DNA of 64,000 nt from the NCBI GenBank assembly GCA_964057225.1, contig OZ059897.1, positions 4,030,001 through 4,094,000 on the forward strand. Direction: 5' to 3'. Position 1 is the stretch's first letter. Every line of letters starts with the position of its first letter. Shown in pieces: positions 55,463 to 64,000 of the stretch. The notes beneath the pieces are model-generated. The model was not told the DNA's origin. It saw nothing but the letters and a program-made list of their open reading frames with translations, and did not search any database. The stretch is from Auanema rhodensis. Lineage: Eukaryota; Animalia; Nematoda. The position numbers were made by a program, and so were the translations under genes.

Positions 55463-58270
55463 TACATGGGAACTCAACATACACTAATGCATTATTTTTC
55501 AAACGATCATAACTAATTTTTGTATGGAGCGTTTCTCAATGTAGTATAGTGCATTCGATGCGGATTTTTAAGCTGCGTTGATCTGTGTTATCAGATTTGC
55601 GCTAGCTTAAAAATGCACCGAGTAATCAACTGATATAGGTTCACACTTATATCCTCGATTTTCACCCTGAAGAAATGATTTTTTCGTTGAATAACATTGT
55701 CCATCGTCTTCGTCTTGAAAAAAGGAATCTAAAAACATCTACTTTTTGTGAAATTATTTAGAAATTTTTCGGGAAAATTTTTGTCAAAATGTTTTTGGAA
55801 GCAATGTTGAGTGTACATGGGAACTCAACATACACTAATGCATTATTTTTCAAACGATCATAACTAATTTTTGTATTAAGCGTTTATCAATGTAGTATAG
55901 TGCATTCGATGCGGATTTTTAAGCTGCGTCGATCTGTGTTATCAGATTTGAGTTAGCTTAAAAATGCACCGAGATATCAACTGATATATGTTCACGCTTA
56001 TATCCTCGATTTTCACACTGAAGAAATGATTTTTTCGTTGAATAACATTGTCCATCGTCTTCGTCTTGAAAAAAGAAATCTAAAAACATCTACTTTCTGT
56101 GAAATTATTTAGAAATTTTTCGGGAAAATTTTTGTCAAAATGTTTTTGGAAGCAATGTTGAGTGTACATGGGAACTCAGCATACACTAATGCATAATTTT
56201 TCAAACGATCATAACTAATTTTTGTATAGAGCGTTTCTCAATGTAGTATAGTGCATTCGATGCGGATTTTTAAGCTGCGTCGATCTGTGTTATCAGATTT
56301 GAGTTAGCTTAAAAATGCACCGAGATATCAACTGATATATGTTCACACTTATATCCTCGATTTTCACCCTGAAGAAATGATTTTTTCGTTAAAAAACATT
56401 GTCCATCGTATTCGTCTTGAAAAAAGGAATCTAAAAACATCTACTTTTTGTGAAATTATTTAGAAATTTTTCGGGAAAATTTTTGTCAAAATGTTTTTGG
56501 AAGCAATGTTGAGTGTACATGGGAACTCAACATACACTAATGCATTATTTTTCAAACGATCATAACTAATTTTTGTATAGAGCGTTTCTCATTGTAGTAT
56601 AGTGCATTCGATGCGGATTTTTAAGCTGCGTTGATCTGTGTTATCAGATTTGCGCTAGCTTAAAAATGCACCGAGTAATCAACTGATATAGGTTCACACT
56701 TATATCCTCGATTTTCACCCTGAAGAATTAATTTTTTCGTTGAATAACATTGTCCATCGTCTTTGCCTTGAAAAAAGAAATCTAAAAACATCTACTTTTT
56801 GTGAATTTATTTAGAATTTTTTCGGGAAAATTTTTGTCACAATGTTTTTGGAAGCAATGTTGAGTGTACATGGGAACTCAGCATACACTAATGCATTATT
56901 TTTCAAACGATCATAACTAATTTTTGTATGGAGCGTTTCTCAATGTAGTATAGTGCATTCGATGCGGATTTTTAAGCTGCGTTGATCTGTGTTATCAGAT
57001 TTGCGCTAGCTTAAAAATGCACCGAGTAATCAACTGATATAGGTTCACACTTATATCCTCGATTTTCACCCTGAAGAAATGATTTTTTCGTTGAATAACA
57101 TTGTCCATCGTCTTCGTCTTGAAAAAAGGAATCTAAAAACATCTACTTTTTGTGAAATTATTTAGAAATTTTTCGGGAAAATTTTTGTCAAAATGTTTTT
57201 GGAAGCAATGTTGAGTGTACATGGGAACTCAACATACACTAATGCATTATTTTTCAAACGATCATAACTAATTTTTGTATTAAGCGTTTATCAATGTAGT
57301 ATAGTGCATTCGATGCGGATTTTTAAGCTGCGTCGATCTGTGTTATCAGATTTGAGTTAGCTTAAAAATGCACCGAGATATCAACTGATATATGTTCACG
57401 CTTATATCCTCGATTTTCACACTGAAGAAATGATTTTTTCGTTGAATAACATTGTCCATCGTCTTCGTCTTGAAAAAAGAAATCTAAAAACATCTACTTT
57501 CTGTGAAATTATTTAGAAATTTTTCGGGAAAATTTTTGTCAAAATGTTTTTGGAAGCAATGTTGAGTGTACATGGGAACTCAGCATACACTAATGCATAA
57601 TTTTTCAAACGATCATAACTAATTTTTGTATAGAGCGTTTCTCAATGTAGTATAGTGCATTCGATGCGGATTTTTAAGCTGCGTCGATCTGTGTTATCAG
57701 ATTTGAGTTAGCTTAAAAATGCACCGAGATATCAACTGATATATGTTCACACTTATATCCTCGATTTTCACCCTGAAGAAATGATTTTTTCGTTAAAAAA
57801 CATTGTCCATCGTATTCGTCTTGAAAAAAGGAATCTAAAAACATCTACTTTTTGTGAAATTATTTAGAAATTTTTCGGGAAAATTTTTGTCAAAATGTTT
57901 TTGGAAGCAATGTTGAGTGTACATGGGAACTCAACATACACTAATGCATTATTTTTCAAACGATCATAACTAATTTTTGTATAGAGCGTTTCTCATTGTA
58001 GTATAGTGCATTCGATGCGGATTTTTAAGCTGCGTTGATCTGTGTTATCAGATTTGCGCTAGCTTAAAAATGCACCGAGTAATCAACTGATATAGGTTCA
58101 CACTTATATCCTCGATTTTCACCCTGAAGAATTAATTTTTTCGTTGAATAACATTGTCCATCGTCTTTGCCTTGAAAAAAGAAATCTAAAAACATCTACT
58201 TTTTGTGAATTTATTTAGAATTTTTTCGGGAAAATTTTTGTCACAATGTTTTTGGAAGCAATGTTGAGTG
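55463..58270. repeat. Tandem duplication of a 4-monomer (1404-bp) unit
   Basis: Three private SNPs at +1404: TTTCTG (56097/57501), GCATAAT (56195/57599) and GAATTTAT (56806/58210). Confidence 0.92.
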
Positions 58271-59323
58271 TACATGGGAACTCAGCATACACTAATGCAT
58301 TATTTTTCAAACGATCATAACTAATTTTCGTATAGAGCGTTTCTCAATGTAGTATAGTGCTGTCGATGCGGATTTTTAAGCTGCGTTGATCTGTGTTATC
58401 AGATTTGAGTTAGCTTAAAAATGCACCGAGATATCAACTGATATATGTTCACGCTTATATCCTCGATTTTCACCCTGAAGAAATGATTTTTTCGTTGAAT
58501 AACATTGTCCATCGTCTTCGTCTTGAAAAAAGGAATCTAAAAACATCTACTTTTTGTGAAATTATTTAGAAATTTTTCGGGAAAATTTTTGTCAAAATGT
58601 CTTTGGAAGCAATGTTGAGTGTACATGGGAACTCAACATACACTAATGCATTATTTTTCAAACGATCATAACTAATTTTTGTATTAAGCGTTTATCAATG
58701 TAGTATAGTGCTGTCGATGCGGATTTTTAAGCTGCGTTGATCTGTGTTATCAGATTTGAGTTAGCTTAAAAATGCACCGAGATATCAACTGATATATGTT
58801 CACGCTTATATCCTCGATTTTCACCCTGAAGAAATGATTTTTTCGTTGAATAACATTGTCCATCGTCTTCGTCTTGAAAAAAGGAATCTAAAAACATCTA
58901 CTTTTTGTGAAATTATTTAGAAATTTTTCGGGAAAATTTTTGTCAAAATGTTTTTGGAAGCAATGTTGAGTGTACATGGGAACTCAACATACACTAATGC
59001 ATTATTTTTCAAACGATCATAACTAATTTTTGTATTAAGCGTTTATCAATATAGTATAGTGCATTCGATGCGGATTTTTAAGCTGCGTCGATCTGTGTTA
59101 TCAGATTTGCGCTAGCTTGAAAATGCACCGAGATATCAACTGATATAGGTTCACACTTATATCCTCGATTTTCACCCTGAAGAATTAATTTTTTCGTTGA
59201 ATAACATTGTTCATCGTCTTTGCCTTGAAAAAAGGAATCTAAAAACATCTACTTTTTGTGAAATTATTTAGAAATTTTTCGGGAAAATTTTTGTCACAAT
59301 GTTTTTGGAAGCAATGTTGAGTG

Positions 59324-62300
59324 TACATGGGAACTCAGCATACACTAATGCATTATTTTTCAAACGATCATAACTAATTTTTGTATAGAGCGTTTCTCAA
59401 TGTAGTATAGTGCTGTCGATGCGGATTTTTAAGCTGCGTTGATCTGTGTTATCAGATTTGAGTTAGCTTAAAAATGCACCGAGATATCAACTGATATATG
59501 TTCACGCTTATATCCTCGATTTTCACACTGAAGAAATGATTTTTTCGTTGAATAACATTGTACATCGTCTTCGTCTTGAAAAAAGGAATCTAAAAACATC
59601 TACTTTTTGTGAAATTATTTATAAATTTTTCGGGAAAATTTTTGTCAAAATGTTTTTGGAAGCAATGTTGAGTGTACATGGGAACTCAACATACACTAAT
59701 GCATTATTTTTCAAACGATCATAACTAATTTTTGTATAGAGCGTTTCTCATTGTAGTATAGTGCATTCGATGCGGATTTTTAAGCTGCGTTGATCTGTGT
59801 TATCAGATTTGCGCTAGCTTAAAAATGCACCGAGTAATCAACTGATATAGGTTCACACTTATATCCTCGATTTTCACACTGAAGAATTAATTTTTTCGTT
59901 GAATAACATTGTCCATCGTCTTTGCCTTGAAAAAAGAAATCTAAAAACATCTACTTTTTGTGAAATTATTTAGAATTTTTTCGGGAAAATTTTTGTCAAA
60001 ATGTTTTTGGAAGCAATGTTGAGTGTACATGGGAACTCAACATACACTAATGCATTATTTTTCAAACGATCATAACTAATTTTCGTATAGAGCGTTTCTC
60101 AATGTAGTATAGTGCTGTCGATGCGGATTTTTAAGCTGCGTTGATCTGTGTTATCAGATTTGAGTTAGCTTAAAAATGCACCGAGATATCAACTGATATA
60201 TGTTCACGCTTATATCCTCGATTTTCACCCTGAAGAAATGATTTTTTCGTTGAATAACATTGTCCATCGTCTTCGTCTTGAAAAAAGGAATCTAAAAACA
60301 TCTACTTTTTGTGAAATTATTTAGAAATTTTTCGGGAAAATTTTTGTCAAAATGTTTTTGGAAGCAATGTTGAGTGTACATGGGAACTCAACATACACTA
60401 ATGCATTATTTTTCAAACGATCATAACTAATTTTTGTATTAAGCGTTTATCAATGTAGTATAGTGCATTCGATGCGGATTTTTAAGCTGCGTCGATCTGT
60501 GTTATCAGATTTGCGCTAGCTTGAAAATGCACCGAGATATCAACTGATATAGGTTCACACTTATATCCTCGATTTTCACCCTGAAGAATTAATTTTTTCG
60601 TTGAATAACATTGTTCATCGTCTTTGCCTTGAAAAAAGGAATCTAAAAACATCTACTTTTTGTGAAATTATTTAGAAATTTTTCGGGAAAATTTTTGTCA
60701 CAATGTTTTTGGAAGCAATGTTGAGTGTACATGGGAACTCAGCATACACTAATGCATTATTTTTCAAACGATCATAACTAATTTTTGTATAGAGCGTTTC
60801 TCAATGTAGTATAGTGCTGTCGATGCGGATTTTTAAGCTGCGTTGATCTGTGTTATCAGATTTGAGTTAGCTTAAAAATGCACCGAGATATCAACTGATA
60901 TATGTTCACGCTTATATCCTCGATTTTCACACTGAAGAAATGATTTTTTCGTTGAATAACATTGTACATCGTCTTCGTCTTGAAAAAAGGAATCTAAAAA
61001 CATCTACTTTTTGTGAAATTATTTAGAAATTTTTCGGGAAAATTTTTGTCACAATGTTTTTGGAAGCAATGTTGAGTGTACATGGGAACTCAGCATACAC
61101 TAATGCATTATTTTTCAAACGATCATAACTAATTTTTGTATAGAGCGTTTCTCAATGTAGTATAGTGCTGTCGATGCGGATTTTTAAGCTGCGTTGATCT
61201 GTGTTATCAGATTTGAGTTAGCTTAAAAATGCACCGAGATATCAACTGATATATGTTCACGCTTATATCCTCGATTTTCACACTGAAGAAATGATTTTTT
61301 CGTTGAATAACATTGTACATCGTCTTCGTCTTGAAAAAAGGAATCTAAAAACATCTACTTTTTGTGAAATTATTTATAAATTTTTCGGGAAAATTTTTGT
61401 CAAAATGTTTTTGGAAGCAATGTTGAGTGTACATGGGAACTCAACATACACTAATGCATTATTTTTCAAACGATCATAACTAATTTTTGTATAGAGCGTT
61501 TCTCATTGTAGTATAGTGCATTCGATGCGGATTTTTAAGCTGCGTTGATCTGTGTTATCAGATTTGCGCTAGCTTAAAAATGCACCGAGTAATCAACTGA
61601 TATAGGTTCACACTTATATCCTCGATTTTCACACTGAAGAATTAATTTTTTCGTTGAATAACATTGTCCATCGTCTTTGCCTTGAAAAAAGAAATCTAAA
61701 AACATCTACTTTTTGTGAAATTATTTAGAATTTTTTCGGGAAAATTTTTGTCAAAATGTTTTTGGAAGCAATGTTGAGTGTACATGGGAACTCAACATAC
61801 ACTAATGCATTATTTTTCAAACGATCATAACTAATTTTCGTATAGAGCGTTTCTCAATGTAGTATAGTGCTGTCGATGCGGATTTTTAAGCTGCGTTGAT
61901 CTGTGTTATCAGATTTGAGTTAGCTTAAAAATGCACCGAGATATCAACTGATATATGTTCACGCTTATATCCTCGATTTTCACCCTGAAGAAATGATTTT
62001 TTCGTTGAATAACATTGTCCATCGTCTTCGTCTTGAAAAAAGGAATCTAAAAACATCTACTTTTTGTGAAATTATTTAGAAATTTTTCGGGAAAATTTTT
62101 GTCAAAATGTTTTTGGAAGCAATGTTGAGTGTACATGGGAACTCAACATACACTAATGCATTATTTTTCAAACGATCATAACTAATTTTTGTATTAAGCG
62201 TTTATCAATGTAGTATAGTGCATTCGATGCGGATTTTTAAGCTGCGTCGATCTGTGTTATCAGATTTGCGCTAGCTTGAAAATGCACCGAGATATCAACT

Positions 62301-62833
62301 GATATAGGTTCACACTTATATCCTCGATTTTCACCCTGAAGAATTAATTTTTTCGTTGAATAACATTGTTCATCGTCTTTGCCTTGAAAAAAGGAATCTA
62401 AAAACATCTACTTTTTGTGAAATTATTTAGAAATTTTTCGGGAAAATTTTTGTCACAATGTTTTTGGAAGCAATGTTGAGTGTACATGGGAACTCAGCAT
62501 ACACTAATGCATTATTTTTCAAACGATCATAACTAATTTTTGTATAGAGCGTTTCTCAATGTAGTATAGTGCTGTCGATGCGGATTTTTAAGCTGCGTTG
62601 ATCTGTGTTATCAGATTTGAGTTAGCTTAAAAATGCACCGAGATATCAACTGATATATGTTCACGCTTATATCCTCGATTTTCACACTGAAGAAATGATT
62701 TTTTCGTTGAATAACATTGTACATCGTCTTCGTCTTGAAAAAAGGAATCTAAAAACATCTACTTTTTGTGAAATTATTTATAAATTTTTCGGGAAAATTT
62801 TTGTCAAAATGTTTTTGGAAGCAATGTTGAGTG
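59324..62833. repeat. Tandem duplication of a 5-monomer (1755-bp) unit
   Basis: Monomer types of 59324-61078 recur at +1755. The identical spurious ORFs at 59536 and 61291 are 1755 apart. Confidence 0.85.
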
Positions 62834-64000
62834 TACATGGGAACTCAACATACACTAATGCATTATTTTTCAAACGATCATAACTAATTTTTGTATAGAG
62901 CGTTTCTCAATGTAGTATAGTGCTGTCGATGCGGATTTTTAAGCTGCGTTGATCTGTGTTATCAGATTTGAGTTAGCTTAAAAATGCACCGAGATATCAA
63001 CTGATATATGTTCACGCTTATATCCTCGATTTTCACACTGAAGAAATGATTTTTTCGTTGAATAACATTGTACATCGTCTTCGTCTTGAAAAAAGGAATC
63101 TAAAAACATCTACTTTTTGTGAAATTATTTATAAATTTTTCGGGAAAATTTTTGTCAAAATGTTTTTGGAAGCAATGTTGAGTGTACATGGGAACTCAAC
63201 ATACACTAATGCATTATTTTTCAAACGATCATAACTAATTTTTGTATAGAGCGTTTCTCAATGTAGTATAGTGCATTCGATGCGGATTTTTAAGCTGCGT
63301 TGATCTGTGTTATCAGATTTGAGTTAGCTTAAAAATGCACCGAGATATCAACTGATATATGTTCACGCTTATATCCTCGATTTTCACACTGAAGAAATGA
63401 TTTTTTCGTTGAATAACATTGTACATCGTCTTCGTCTTGAAAAAAGGAATCTAAAAACATCTACTTTTTGTGAAATTATTTATAAATTTTTCGGGAAAAT
63501 TTTTGTCAAAATGTTTTTGGAAGCAATGTTGAGTGTACATGGGAACTCAACATACACTAATGCATTATTTTTCAAACGATCATAACTAATTTTTGTATAG
63601 AGCGTTTCTCAATGTAGTATAGTGCATTCGATGCGGATTTTTAAGCTGCGTTGATCTGTGTTATCAGATTTGAGTTAGCTTAAAAATGCACCGAGATATC
63701 AACTGATATATGTTCACGCTTATATCCTCGATTTTCACCCTGAAGAAATGATTTTTTCGTTGAATAACATTGTCCATCGTCTTCGTCTTGAAAAAAGGAA
63801 TCTAAAAACATCTACTTTTTGTGAAATTATTTAGAAATTTTTCGGGAAAATTTTTGTCACAATGTTTTTGGAAGCAATGTTAAGTGTACATGGGAACTCA
63901 ACACACACTAATGCAATTTTTTTTCAAACGATCATAACTAATTTTTGTATAGAGCGTTTCTCAATGTAGTATAGTGCATTCGATGCGGATTTTTAAGCTG

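Larger units (their letters stand above)
1..64000. repeat. Tandem satellite DNA array, 351-bp monomer, ~182.3 head-to-tail copies, truncated by both window edges
   Basis: TACATGGGAACT recurs at 1, 352, 703, 1054, 1405, 1756, 2107, 2458, 2810, 3161, 3512, 3864, 4215, 4566, 4918, 5269, 5620 and 5972, then every 351 bp to 63887 (5972+165x351). Copies differ only at a limited set of recurring variant sites plus rare singletons. No intervening unique sequence and no strand switch. Confidence 0.99.
49496..64000. repeat. Right sub-domain of array (monomers 142-183) with 3/4/5-mer higher-order repeats
   Basis: TATTAAGCGTTTATC, CTCATTGT, GTCTTCGTCT and TAGAATTTTT alleles return. New private alleles appear: CACGCT, TTTTCGTAT, TGTAAGC, CACACTG, and from monomer 167 onward GCTGTCG, GTACATCG and TTATAAA. 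Confidence 0.8.

Noticed and set aside
59536-63585. Five identical 62-aa ORFs
   Set aside because: They result from a TAG>TAT variant in one locally amplified monomer type. They mark duplications, not a gene family.
1-64000. CRISPR array or repeat-spacer system
   Set aside because: There are no unique spacers. The whole 351-bp unit is repeated and no cas-like or other genes are present.
1-64000. Tandem MITE or other transposon-derived unit, or embedded mobile element
   Set aside because: There are no terminal inverted repeats with target-site duplications, no coding remnants and no break in the 351-bp phase. A remote TE origin of the monomer cannot be excluded.
1-64000. Purely artefactual array (collapsed or looped assembly, concatemer)
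   Set aside because: Position-specific private SNPs, nested duplications and domain structure are what a real evolving array shows. Individual near-perfect duplications still need read validation.

Overview
The whole 64,000-bp window is one uninterrupted, single-orientation tandem satellite array. It has a 351-bp AT-rich monomer (monomer 1 is 110/351 = 31% GC) in 182 complete copies plus a 114-bp partial copy at the right edge, and the array runs off both ends. I found no genes, RNA genes, CRISPR array, transposon insertion, inversion or unique sequence. All nine ORFs in the track are chance read-throughs of the same monomer segment. This looks like eukaryotic (peri)centromeric-type heterochromatic satellite DNA, but I cannot name the family or organism. 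The information lies in the pattern of monomer variants, which I typed by eye. (i) A ~43-kb central domain with its own variants is flanked by two domains that share variants with each other, giving a layered architecture. (ii) There are nested higher-order repeats: a 3-mer inside a ~9-mer. (iii) Recent local 3-, 4-, 5- and 7-monomer tandem duplications and a dispersed 12-monomer duplication are present. (iv) Monomers are modular mosaics, with probable gene-conversion tracts. (v) There is no net length change over 165 consecutive monomers. (vi) Several diagnostic variants are adjacent double substitutions, and the monomer carries several dyad symmetries. I do not see evidence for a novel protein-coding or RNA-guided system. 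'Offset' means position within a monomer, with offset 1 being the t of TACATGGGAA.
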